Shown here: positions 13,109-24,965 of the stretch, one piece after another
Numbering within the stretch: position 1 is the first letter of the stretch
How the letters are laid out: each line of letters opens with the position of its first letter
Assembly (NCBI GenBank): GCA_051362555.1
Contig: CM120646.1
Location: 16,926,001 to 16,990,000 of the forward strand
From: Lingula anatina
Lineage: Eukaryota; Animalia; Brachiopoda
DNA length: 64,000 nt
Direction: 5' to 3'
Position numbers and translations under genes: made by a program
The notes under the pieces: generated by a model
The model's input: only the letters and a program-made list of their open reading frames with translations
What the model was told of the DNA's origin: nothing
The model's database searches: none

Positions 13109-14015
13109 AGTAAAGTGAACCTTTTCTGTCACTTTTAAATGAACTTAACTGTAACAACATACACTTTGATCTATATTTCCCTTCTATCGAAAAAGTCAAA
13201 GATCAATTTTTTTTACTGAAAGGTAAGAAAAACTGTAAGTTACCATACCAAAAGAACACTCCTTTTTCAGATAACTGTATGTCATCTTCTCCAATATAAT
13301 GGCCAGTTTAACTTAACTGAATTGTCAGGACATCCGTCCCTTATGAATGGACTCTGAGCATTCCGTGGTCACCAAATCCTGAACGGAAGCAAATCAGATC
13401 AGTTATCACTGAATGGTCAGCATGTTCACACTTTTCAGCAATTCCTTTTTCCAGCTCTGCTGTGGTCACTTTAAACAACTGATGCTTACAAACTACACCT
13501 ATGTAGTGATCATTTAATCCTTGTTATGGTCACTGTGGAGGTCAATTAATCCAGCCAATGACCAGTTAAACCTTGATCTGGTCAGGTGATAATCCCTGAG
13601 ATGACCAGTTAATCCTTGTAATGGTCAGTTAATCCTTGTGGGCAGGTACTTCACATCGCTGCCCCTCCCTCTGGTCAACCTGACTGACCATCTGTTGGAT
13701 TTTCACTGTTACAGTAAATCCTTCCACTAAAATATTCCTTGACAGAATTCAGAAACTGATCAACTATCACCCAGTGCTTTAATCCTAGGTGCAAGAGGTC
13801 TGTCCATTTGATGTCTTATCAGTGGTCAGGCTGCCTTTTGATGAAGTAATGTTCAAATCTAGCACTGTCACCAGTGTCCAGTAAATGTCCTCTGTCCACC
13901 TCTTCCACTGCTCTCAATTGAACCTCTTCTTTCTGTCACACTTAAATGATCCTAATCCAGACCATACCTTCATCCACATTTTCCCACCCTTAGCAAAGTC
14001 AATGACCAAATTCCT
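13109..14015. repeat. Diverged direct repeats of about 95 bp (13109-13210 and 13921-14015) flanking a degenerate ~21-bp minisatellite (13514-13645)
   Basis: Both copies read AACC..TTTCTGTCAC..TTAAATGA.C.TAA...CATAC..T..ATC...ATTT.CC...AAAGTCAA.GA.CAA. The internal array repeats (GACC/GGTC)AGTTAATCCTTG. Confidence 0.65.
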
Positions 14016-14088
14016 GACTTTAAAAGATGATCCATGACCGAAACTGATCCCCAGCCTGATAGCTCAGCTTAAATTCCAATGTGGCTAT

Positions 14089-14381
14089 GGCTATGTTCAC
14101 ACCGGGGTCTTACAGACTTGACCCAACTCGGTCCGAACAACACCTGATCAGTATTTCTCGCAGGTACATACCTGAGTTAAAAGGTACATCAGAGATTGTA
14201 ACTGATCCAAAACTGTCATTTCAGCTTGAATTCCTGTGTCTACATCCTGTGAGACAACATTTTCCATTGAATCAGAGTGAAATGCCAGGGAGTCTAATCG
14301 TTTTGTGGCCACACCTTCAAAGTAATAGTTGGCATTCAGTTAACACTGGAAGTTGAAATTAAATCACTAGTGGACAGGGCC
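14089..14381. mobile_element. Possible decayed Harbinger-type MITE
   Basis: Left GGCTATGTTCACA versus reverse-complemented right GGCCCTGTCCACT (9/13). Interior is CpG-richer than the flanks. No matching TSD. Confidence 0.3.
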
Positions 14382-17300
14382 TCGGCAATTCTGACTAGAG
14401 TGGACATATTTGCTACTGTGGTGAAAGTTAGGGTTCAAACCATATGCCTTATTTCATTGAACATTTAATTTTCCACTGGGAAAATGATTTTACTTGCATT
14501 TCTTTTCATAAAACTATTTTTTTAATTTAAGTTGCTTAATATTTAATCTCAAGTTTTATTTCAATGGAACCCGGTTCAGTCTGATCACAAAATGTGGCTG
14601 ATTCATGAAAATTTCCAAAATTTTCCAAAAACAATGATTTCTATTAAAACGCATAGCAAACTTTCCTATCCTCACAATTTGCTGCTTTGGACACAGACTA
14701 ATTGCTCAATCATACATATATATGTACATAAGTAATACTTACCTTATCTAGCTACATATATACTTACATAAACAAATTCTTCGATAACATTCTCCTTATT
14801 ACCAACTGTCTCCCACCTACCCCTTCAAAGCTAAACATCTGCTGTGCCGAAACATCTAGTCAGAAATATTCATCAAACCAAGAATAAAATCATTTCTTCC
14901 ACCTGGTCTACAAGGGGCACTTGCCAGCCACGACATACTAACCAAATTTTATGCCTGATTATAACATATATAATATAATATAGTTCAACTGTCATTGTAT
15001 TCAGTACACATCACTGATTTACATATATTATTACACCAGTTCCTGAACACAGAGGCAAACTTAATGATTGCAGTAAAACATGCAATGTTTGGTTAAGATT
15101 AAGTTGCAAAGACTCATCTTTTTCGTGTGTAAATGATCCACGTCCAGACAAAAGTAATAAATTTTCCTATTTTTCAACTGAGCACATGTGGGCTCTTATT
15201 TTCAATCAAAAGTTTCTAGTTATCTTTTCTTTTACCAGTTAATCAGATGAAATAAACACAGCAATCTAGACATAAAAATTTCAAAACTGCAGTATTAGTT
15301 ATAAAACATTTAATCCAATTGTTTAAGTTGTTTGAATATATCCACAATGGAACCCCTGTAATATCGACATCTGGCAGTGATATTTCTGTGCTCAAATAAT
15401 GAAACAAAGTAAAGCGACTACAAATAAATTGTAAACAAACACTGCGGCTTGTGAAACAACTCTATTTATCACACACAAGCTCCATATGTCAATAAACAGT
15501 GACTGCATGGTTCACTTCTCTGTAGGTATTACTGCAACCCAGGCATATAATATATAAGAAATACAATACACTTATACATAATAACTCCTCCTTTCACTAT
15601 CAACATCAAACACTTTCCTTTTCAGACACATGATAATCACAGGTATAGGTGTATCAAATACCTGGATGAGCTACCTGTTCTAATGCAGCACAGATAGGTA
15701 CCAGACTTTAGATACATCTAAATTATTATGAAAGTCAAAATAATCATCTAATAATTTCCTTACCATATATATTTTTATTACATCACCTCAAATTCCTAAT
15801 ATGTCAGTTATAAATGAAACTTGTCAAACACCTGATGCATCTGTACCAAAGAAGAGCTGAAAATAATATTGGCAGATAAACCAAGTAAACTATACCAACA
15901 AATAACCCCCATGGAAAAGTTCCCACAACAATGCACTCCTTCAAAACTTACTGGTCTAAACTTGTGGCAAATAACTTTTAAAGATCATACTTCCATACAA
16001 GCGTGTCATAAATTCCCTTCATTTTTTTAAAAAAACAAATATGTCTTTTATCAGACACATTTCAATGATAAAAGTACAATGGCAAATGCCATCACATCTT
16101 CAAAAGCATGTTTACTATTATGCACCCTAAATGCTTCACTCTGATCAAAGGCGGAACATGACCCAAGATGCCTTGTACAACACACTTCTCTGTCATGCCA
16201 ACCGATGCTTCGATTCTTCGTCACAATGGCAACAATTCTGTAGCAGATCACATGACATTAACTGAAAAACTCCCAAAAGTTGACTGTAAAATTATAAGCA
16301 ACAAGTTTGATTTTATGACTTATTTTAGGTATCTGGCAAAAGAAAAATTGAGTGAATATTTAAAGCAAAATGAAACAGCTAGAACTAAGTGTTAAACTCC
16401 ATTGCAATAAAATAGAAGGAACTACAAATATTTATCAAATTGTATGACAATAGACACAGAATATCACTGGACTTCACAGCACCATATCTTTTATAAATCT
16501 TTGAAAATAATTCACAGTGGACTTTAATTTCAAACCACTCAAAAGCTTATTAAGCATCAAATAACCAGTAACCATAGCAACAAATGGTCTCTGCTGAGCA
16601 AGGTCAAATGACAATGTCCACTTATCCCCACACATGCCCACTGGTCAAGTGATTTTCTAAATTCTTTACCAGCTGGTGACCAGTCCATATGTCACTAGTG
16701 ATGTCCAGTATGCCCAAATATGGGCCAAATTATGAGAGCATGGTGAATTATTATCCACTTAAAACTATTAAAATACTTTGTAAATTTGTCAATTATCTCT
16801 GTTACTTTCCTAACCCCTGTAATTTGCAAACTGACGACACAATTTAACAAAGGTTTTTGTGATAGAAGTAATTTTTAGACATAAAATTCAAGTTCACAGC
16901 ACCTGCTTCTTATCACATAAAAAACAGCTATGGAAACTAACTTCCTACTTTATAATTAATTCCTATTCTTCCCCCACCTACCAAGTGTAACATTTTTTAT
17001 CACCACTAAGATGCTGCAACTTTCCAAAAGCCACCCTTTATTAGAAGGACTTTCACTACCAACAATGAAAGCAGACATCAAAAAGATGAAATTTTGATAA
17101 GTACTTATATACTTCTAAATTGCAACATAAACTATTCACTCTGGTGAAAGAAATGGGGCTCTCAAGTTCTAATGCCTCAGGCTTAAGCATCAGTTACTAG
17201 CAAAAGTTGAAACGTACACCTCTCAAATAGACTACCAGGTACAACAATGACTTCTCAACCCTTGTGTAGACATGTTTAGGTTGTAATACTATCTTCTTGT

Positions 17301-18887
17301 TAGCCAACTTTCACTTGTCCCACAAAGTACAATAACAAAAGTATTGACACCTGTATTAGCCATGGGTTTATAGCAGTTATTGTGATCTACAAAGGGAAGT
17401 CATCTTCACGCAATGGTGCAGTGGTCCATGTTGAAAGTTCCTGTCAATTTATGTCAAAGTTTTATGTTTTTATGCTTTTGCTTTTCTATTTTTATCATTA
17501 AATTTTTCTAAATATGAGACAGCAGACTTCAGCATTACAACAATGCAAAAATGCAGGATGAATTGACACTTTTTCTAAAGTAAGCCATACTGCTAAAAAA
17601 CAATTCCAAGTATGACAAATTAAATATGCAGTTTTCAAATCAACCTATTTTTCAGAAACATAAATTTATTCTGCAAACCAATTAAAATTCGACAATAGGA
17701 TGTCCTGTTCTTGGATAAAAACATATATGTAATAAAAAAATCTTTTTTTGCGGATCTCAGATGCGGAAATGACAAATGAGAATAAAAGGAGGCAGACAGA
17801 CAGAAAGGGTGGATAAAACATAATACATTCTAGGCATACCAAAGTGTCTGTTAGCTCAGGGCTTCTCAACCTTAAGGTTAGCACTATCTTTGATCTATTC
17901 TGTGCCAAAGACTCGAGCACCACACCTAAGTCTAGAATACATGGTGTATATATTTAGTGCACCTATAACTGGGTGTGAGGATTAATAATTGTAACTGGTG
18001 AATTTTCTTTTTTTCCCCCTTTTAATCTAATTACAAGACATCTCCTTTTAATCATTTATTCATGTATTTCAAAATAAAATCTTGCATAAAAATAAAAATC
18101 TTAAAGCTATTTATATTAGCATATAACATATCCCGAACATTACCTAATAAAAAATTTCAATGAGATAGCACATGAATATGTCAACCCACATCAGCTTACC
18201 ATTTACCAATCATTTCATCATCAATCACACAGTCACTTACCACATTACCAATGTATAGGTGTAAACAAAGGGGTTCGATCATGTCATATCTTAGACTATA
18301 CATATTATGTGAGAACATAACGCTCACTACATTCTTAAAATTAATGTAACAGATAAGGTAGATAATGTTCATGACCTTAGAGGAACAGGACAAGGAACTA
18401 TGCTAGTTAAAAATATCACATTAAAAAAAAACACACACACACACACTGAGGACTAAATAAAAAGTCAAGATTGTGCTTGGTGAGATTTCATCACAACTAA
18501 CACACTACAGGTAGACTGTGAAGAGAGTTCCAGCAGAAACACAATCATCACATTGAGAACAGTACAATATAAATCATCACAATCACAACAACAAATATAC
18601 AAAAATATAAAATGAGAAAAATTTAAAATAGAAAATCTGCATATGCACTAGAAGGGGATCTTGTTATTAATTTTTTTCAGCACTATTGAAATATAGGCCC
18701 AGTCTCCTTTTTAAATCAACATTTTTTAAACTTTTTTCCATTTCTAACCAAGCTCAGTTTGCATTGTATTATTTCAATATTACAAAAACAAGCAACAACC
18801 AAAAAATCCTAGTGAGAGTCCAGTGAAACATGATCCCCTTCCTTTGTGATGCCTATTTCAACTACAAAATTCCAGCCATCTTCCTAC

Positions 18888-19106
18888 CTGTCAATGTAGA
18901 CATGGGACTGGTATCAGAGAACTTCTCAAGGTCTGGAGTTGCTGCTCCACTGCTGGCCAATGAGGAGACACTGGTGAATGTGTCCTCCGTCTGAATAGCC
19001 GACTGCTGCGTTTCCACCTCTCTGTTGCCTAGCAACAAGCCTAACCTCATCATCAGGTCATTTTGGGCTACGGCCGGCGGAGGGGGAGGGGGGCTCTCTG
19101 TCTCAT
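18888..19106 (-). CDS. rols: rols/TANC-like coding exon with DLMMRLGLLLG and SPMSTLTG motifs
   Basis: Acceptor cactttgttccag|AT and donor ACA G|gtagga. 219 nt, phase 1-1: (N)ETESPPPPPPAVAQNDLMMRLGLLLGNREVETQQSAIQTEDTFTSVSSLASSGAATPDLEKFSDTSPMSTLT(G). The LMxRLGLLL...SSLASS...SPxSTLTG block resembles the post-RING region I recall from invertebrate Rols/TANC. Confidence 0.9.
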
Positions 19107-19554
19107 CTGGAACAAAGTGTGAGATGGGTTAGATGATTATCATTCTGTTACGTTTTATACATTTAGATCCATATTAACATATGGACAGTATTGCCCTGGA
19201 GTTAAATGGTGTGGGTGTGTGTATGTGTGCGCGTGTAAGTGAACACACATGTACACATACATAGGTACATCCAAATGCACAATCTAGGCTAAAAGAAAGC
19301 AGAATATGATCAAGCAAAGCTAACAGTAGATAAAATATTTGTTACAAAGTTTTATGAAAGTTTATCCCATACTTCAAGATCAGTACTGGCTTTTTAGAAG
19401 CAATAACTGGAAATGCGCAAAAAAAATAAATAAAAAATAATAATAATAAATAAATAAAAGAAAAAGAAAGTGAGAGAGGAAAAGTAGTAGTGAATTCAAG
19501 TAAAACTAGTGAAGGCCATAAGTAAGCTTCTTGGTTAACTATAACATAACATAC

Positions 19555-19896
19555 TTGTGTGTCCTTCTTTGACTGCTAAATTTTTCACTGCATTATTCTC
19601 CTTTTTATCCACTTTCTTGTCTACTTTCTTTTCCTTGGGTCGAACTTCCCTTATCCGCTGGTTATCCACTTGTATTATCCGGTTATCCAGCTGCTCATGA
19701 GATTCATCTGACGTATCTAGAGATGTGACTGTCACAGACAGTGCACTCCTGCTAGTTTCTGCGGTGCTGTTGAGATTCTCATTGCTGGAGTAGTTTAATG
19801 GTGGAGGTGGAACAGGAGGAGGTGCAACAGACAATGGCGTACTGAAGAATTTTGGTTTCCGCCGTGGGACTGGTGGAGTGCCATTGGCCAGAGGTG
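19555..19896 (-). CDS. rols: rols/TANC-like proline-rich, low-complexity coding exon
   Basis: Acceptor ttgtactttcag|CA and donor ACA A|gtatgt. 342 nt, phase 1-1, open frame (A)PLANGTPPVPRRKPKFFSTPLSVAPPPVPPPPLNYSS...KNLAVKEGHT. Confidence 0.87.
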
Positions 19897-22398
19897 CTGA
19901 AAGTACAATATTAATAAATATTTATAGAATTTTATTTATACAAAAACATGCATCGATTGTATTATGCTTTGAAAAATGGGATTATAAGCAAACAGTGTGC
20001 AAAGTGAGTGGACATGTCAGGAGTGAAAACATTCTCAACAGCAAATTATTTTTTATGATGCAATGACAGCCAATGGTGTACTTCTATCCTTTAATTTTCA
20101 ACATATTTAGGTTTTATTATTAAAACACCTTACAAACAATTTGTGTATGGTTAATTGCGTTAGCGTTAAATTCTCCCTTCTGTAAATGTTATCATTCACA
20201 AAAAAATATGAAATCAGGTTCTCTGGGTCTGAGGAAGTAATACAGCCTGGAAGTTCCACACCTGTCTGAGTATAACATACAATGATGTTATCTCCTTTAT
20301 CTGAAAAGTTTACCCCTGTGTTGCTCCCAATAACATAAAACTGCTGTAACTTGTCTTCAATATAAAGGATAATGGCTATAGCTGGAGTTTATGCTAATAG
20401 CAAGCATTTTTACCCCATTCAATTCTGACGATCCATGCAGTACTTACTGCCCTAGAGTATCTTATGCCCTAAGCAATATAAAATGGAGGACTGAAAGCTA
20501 TTATTATTTTTTGAAAACAGACACAAGTCTTCACAGTTAGAAAACCTCACACCTTTCAATACAAGACACAAGACAATTTATCAAAAATCTTAAATATACC
20601 TTTCATTGTTTTCTCTTTCTTGAGGCAGCATCGTTTAAATTATCTAACTTGTCAAGAGTGCATCTTTTTGCGTTCCCTTATTCATACCACGGACATGAGA
20701 TATAGGCAATAATCAGGCAAAATAATAATTATTATAACAATAGCAGAAACGACCCCATAGTTATGTAAAGCAATACATATCATAATTCCATGACAATTTT
20801 TGATCCACTGCCATGTTAAAAAGATTAACGCAATGGGCAGAAGTGTGATTACTGGCAATAATTCCATTAAATGAAATCAATCACTTCCAACCATACAAAA
20901 GATTGAATATTACAATCTGAATATATCCAGATCCTATTAGTCCTAACTCTTTCTATTCTTCTAAAATAGGATCAGCCTGCCCCCAAAGAGGTTTTTACTC
21001 TCTAGTAACAAATCAAGAAGGCTACCCTTTGCCTCACTAAGAAATGTATTTGTTGCCCCGAGAAACAAGACTTCCTAAAATCATTAATAACATGATTTCA
21101 CCCTCATATCCTCAAAAAAGAACTGTGACTTGGATAGATTACAATGACTGTGGCTCTAGCCATTTCAACCTACTAATAATAAAGTAATGAACATCATAAT
21201 TTGCTGTGGTATAGAATCATGCTATTTATTACATTTATTATAGGTGGTCAAACATGGGTCACTAGAAGTCCAGACATCAAATGACCACTGGGTGCCCATA
21301 CCAAAGATAATGTCCACCACTGCGAAAAGTCACAGGTCACCATAATAATGACCACTCCAGATATTGAATGGTCAGCCATTGAGCCGCGGGTGATTTAGTT
21401 GATGCATTCATATAGCAGATGAAGATACAGCCATCACAGCATGCTTTAACAAAAGGAGTCCAAAGCATGTTATCAAGTAATCAACTCCTCTGTTGTGTTT
21501 TGTTCTTTTTCCTCATTAATACTTTCCGTATCCATATTGTATTGAATTCATACGTGACTATCAGCTGGAATCAATCAATTTACTTAATCCAATCACCAAT
21601 TCCACAGAAAAGGCTAAGAGTAAAAAATGCATTTTCACCTGTGCCGCTTTAATTTGTCCACTACGTACACCATTTTCACATCAAAGAATAAAGAATTGAT
21701 CCTAAAGTAGGATAATGCAAGTATCATGCCTATCTGCCCTGCTAATTAACGGTCAGTACCACCTTGATCTGGACAGCAGGTGACCAGCGGTCATTAGGCC
21801 TGCCCAGCATGATATGTCAAATTAAGAAGCAATTCCAAATTGATCTAAAAGTTTGATGACCATTAATGTCTTTATATCTATCAACATTAAGGTCCCAGTG
21901 ACATGATTATTTACTTAGAAGTGGGAAACATTAAAGGTTATCAATTGATGATGAAATGAGTTAGAATTTCATTATTTTGATCAAAAAAATATGAACAGAG
22001 CATTTGACCTTGCCACGACAGTGATAGACTCATTATTATTATTATTTTATTTTTTTTGAAAGGTAAAACTTATATCTAAATTTAAGTACACTTCTTGAAA
22101 GAAGATGATTTATGTAATTGTATGATCAGTCTATGAATACATTCATTGCAACCACTCACAGGATACAATGTATTTTTTTCAGCAAAAAGAGGTCTAATTA
22201 TTTATACTACGGAATGTAATAATTTGAGTGATCTTCTTCAAAGGCAGATCACTACAAAATCTATGGTCCTGTTCACAAATTAACTTAAGCCGTGTGTGTG
22301 TGTGTGCATGCCACGCGTGTGTATGTAAGCATATGTAAATGCATGTGTCTTAACCTGCCTCTTAAATTCAACTCAAACACAACCTTAACTCTACTCAC

Positions 22399-22602
22399 CA
22401 TCACTGAGCATGTAGAAAGGTTTTGGTGTGGTCTGTGTGGCCATCTCTGTAAGTGGGAAGTGGTTGTTGTCCAGTTTGAGATGCATGTGGGCAGCGTAGT
22501 GACCATTGGTCTTCAACTTCGGCCTGTGAGACGACAGGAGGGCAGTGTCGCTGGTCTGCCTGATGTGGTTGGCATTCAGATTGTGTGGCATGGAGGAGTA
22601 CA
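22399..22602 (-). CDS. rols: rols/TANC-like coding exon following the RING exon
   Basis: Acceptor ttctccattgcag|TG and donor GAT G|gtgagt. 204 nt, phase 1-1, joins in frame as (M)YSSMPHNLNANHIRQTSDTALLSSHRPKLKTNGHYAAHMHLKLDNNHFPLTEMATQTTPKPFYMLSD. Confidence 0.88.
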
Positions 22603-23658
22603 CTGCAATGGAGAATACAATACACTTAAACACTGGTGGAGTCAGGAAATCAATGAGCAAGAGGAAAGGGCACAAGGAGATGTTTGTCTGACTTGTTCTT
22701 TTCCCCCATCCCTGTATATAATGAATACTATTTGATGACAATATTATACCTGGAATGGGATGGAAAATTGCCTGTGTTCATCCTTTTGTGCCTTTTTTCT
22801 TCCTAGCATAGAGAGAAGGATGGGGAACTTTCAGAACTGAGAGGGAGCATGTGTGCCTGCAGTGAACCCCTCCCTCTGGATTTATATTTTTTAAGATATA
22901 AGACATATACTGAAAGAAAAATGAGCATTCCTTGGAAAGTCATGAAATAAACTTACAAGAAAAATAAGGAATTTTAGGAAAGTTTAAAGAGACTGCAAAT
23001 TGCTCATGGTCTGGCATTTCAGTTAAAATTTTAATGGCAAATGAAAACAATACTGTGACATTTAAATGCCAACAGTCACCAATCAAATTACTTTCCTCAT
23101 TTCATTCTCATTTAATGCCTTATATATGTTGACAGGGTTATAACATAAACAACCTCTATAAGTTTGCGGATCAATAACAATGATGATTCTGATCCATCAT
23201 TGTGGCATATCGACTACAGCAGTCTCTTATCAACAAACACACATTTTACAGTGACGCTCTTGCGCTCCATCAATGTGAAACTCAATGACAATGTCAAGTT
23301 GCTCTCTCTCATACCCATGATATGCACACACACATGCACACACACACACATGCACATTCATTAACATACCCGCACATACAAACAAACAAAAACAAATTTA
23401 TGCTATATGCCTTATTTTTAAAAACAAGAAAGAAGTACTTCTGACTATAACCCCAGTGCACATTAAGAATAGAAGGTCTAGTTGACTAAACACATTCTCC
23501 ATAGCTTTTATTCCTCTTCCACAAGTGCACATTACATTCTCTTCTCCTCAGGCCATTTTCTCATCCATTATCCACACACTGTGACCACACAGTGGCAAGG
23601 CAGAATAGCTATAGACTGAACAAAATCTTAAATGAATTTCAACAAAATTTCTCCAAAT

Positions 23659-23681
23659 AAAGAAAGAAAGAAAAAAAAGAG

Positions 23682-23728
<47 letters not shown>

Positions 23729-23730
23729 AA
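23659..23730. repeat. (AAAG)n microsatellite
   Basis: Direct reading; interrupted near its start. Confidence 0.95.
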
Positions 23731-23861
23731 AAGGAAATGTGCAGATAATCATCTTAAATATTATAAAGTCAACTTTATGTAGTCAGCTATCTGTTATTAG
23801 CAGTCTAAACTTAGAAGCCTGAAAACTTAACACATAAAGTGGCAAAGGCCCTGAGACTTAC

Positions 23862-24047
23862 TTTCTCCCTCACACAGTGGACACTCATCACTGCTGAACA
23901 TGCACATGTAACATCTCTCGTGTCCGCACGTGTCTATGAGCCTTCGTTTCTTCCCAGTGTCAAAAGGCATGTGACATGCCGCACACAGGTCTCCGGCAGC
24001 CTGCGACTGCGGCTCCATGATGCGGATGCTACTCAGGGACCTGGCAT
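23862..24047 (-). CDS. rols: RING-finger exon of a rolling pebbles/TANC-like scaffold protein (probable start ATG at 24018)
   Basis: Encodes MEPQSQAAGDLCAACHMPFDTGKKRRLIDTCGHERCYMCMFSSDECPLCEGE, a C-x2-C-x15-C-x-H-x2-C-x2-C-x6-C-x2-C (C3HC4) RING. I recall the MPFDxGKKRxLIDxCGHERCYxC signature from invertebrate Rols/TANC proteins (recall, not a search). Acceptor tttatctttctag|AT at 24048/24047; donor GAA A|gtaagt at 23862/23861; 186 nt; phase 1. Confidence 0.9.
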
Positions 24048-24154
24048 CTAGAAAGATAAAGAATATATAAACGTAAGTACTAGATTACCTAGATGATCTT
24101 ATATGTGAGTGTTTCAATATACTAACACATGCATATAACCATATGTATGCATGT

Positions 24155-24155
<1 letters not shown>

Positions 24156-24210
<55 letters not shown>

Positions 24211-24276
24211 TTGTGCACACACACACACATACACACACACACACACACACCACACACACGTTTGTGCACACACACA
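24156..24276. repeat. Compound (CA)n microsatellite
   Basis: Pure CA to about 24206, then interrupted by TTTGTG units. It accounts for the CVCV and THTH pseudo-ORFs. Confidence 0.97.
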
Positions 24277-24651
24277 GGCACATCCTTGCAAATATATACA
24301 CACAAAACATACATATTAAACACTGCTCACTAACACTATACAATGTTCCATATCAATATTCACCTTCCTTTCTCCACTGCACACATCAGAAGATGGCTGA
24401 ATGCTGCAGCCCTTTGTATTAAACACTAATATCTAATAGTCCAGCCACAAATGACCAGAAATAATCCACACTACATTTATATCATGTTGAGTAATGTCCC
24501 CTTTTGGCCATTAAATCATCAGGCAATGCATTAGTATGGAGAATGTTGTGCTCAGCAGTATTAGTTCTATATGTTGATGGTATTTGAGGGTAATTACATT
24601 TGTATTTGTGAGCGACCAGATATCGTAGTGATGATTATTTTGTGAATGTAT

Positions 24652-24654
<3 letters not shown>

Positions 24655-24692
<38 letters not shown>

Positions 24693-24702
24693 TGTGTGTG
24701 TG
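24655..24702. repeat. (TG)n microsatellite
   Basis: Direct reading. Confidence 0.96.
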
Positions 24703-24797
24703 TTAACATGTGTATTACAGGTGTACATAATTATAACCAAATATGAACATTAACAATGTTTACATATATATATGATTTACAGTGCCTCTCCCCTCAC

Positions 24798-24965
24798 AGC
24801 AGCCTGTTGAAGGGGGCAATCTATATTTTTATTGAGTGGGACATAAAATTTGTAAGCAACCTGTTGAAGGGGGTAATCTATATTTGTATTGAGTGGGACA
24901 TTAACTTTGTAAGCAGCCTGTTGAAGGGGGTAATCTACACTTGTACTGGGAGGGACGTTAACTTA
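24798..24965. repeat. 57-bp minisatellite, 3 units
   Basis: Units start at 24798, 24855 and 24912 (AGCARCCTGTTGAAGGGGGYAATCTA...GGGAC). Confidence 0.95.

Noticed and set aside
22292-22735. 147-aa plus-strand ORF (likewise 7693-7899 and 23839-24051)
   Set aside because: Antisense shadows of real minus-strand exons.
24085-24422. Five overlapping CVCV/THTH ORFs
   Set aside because: Artefacts of the (CA)n microsatellite.
24798-24965. Possible CRISPR-like array
   Set aside because: Units are contiguous near-copies with no unique spacers, and the context is eukaryotic with no cas genes.
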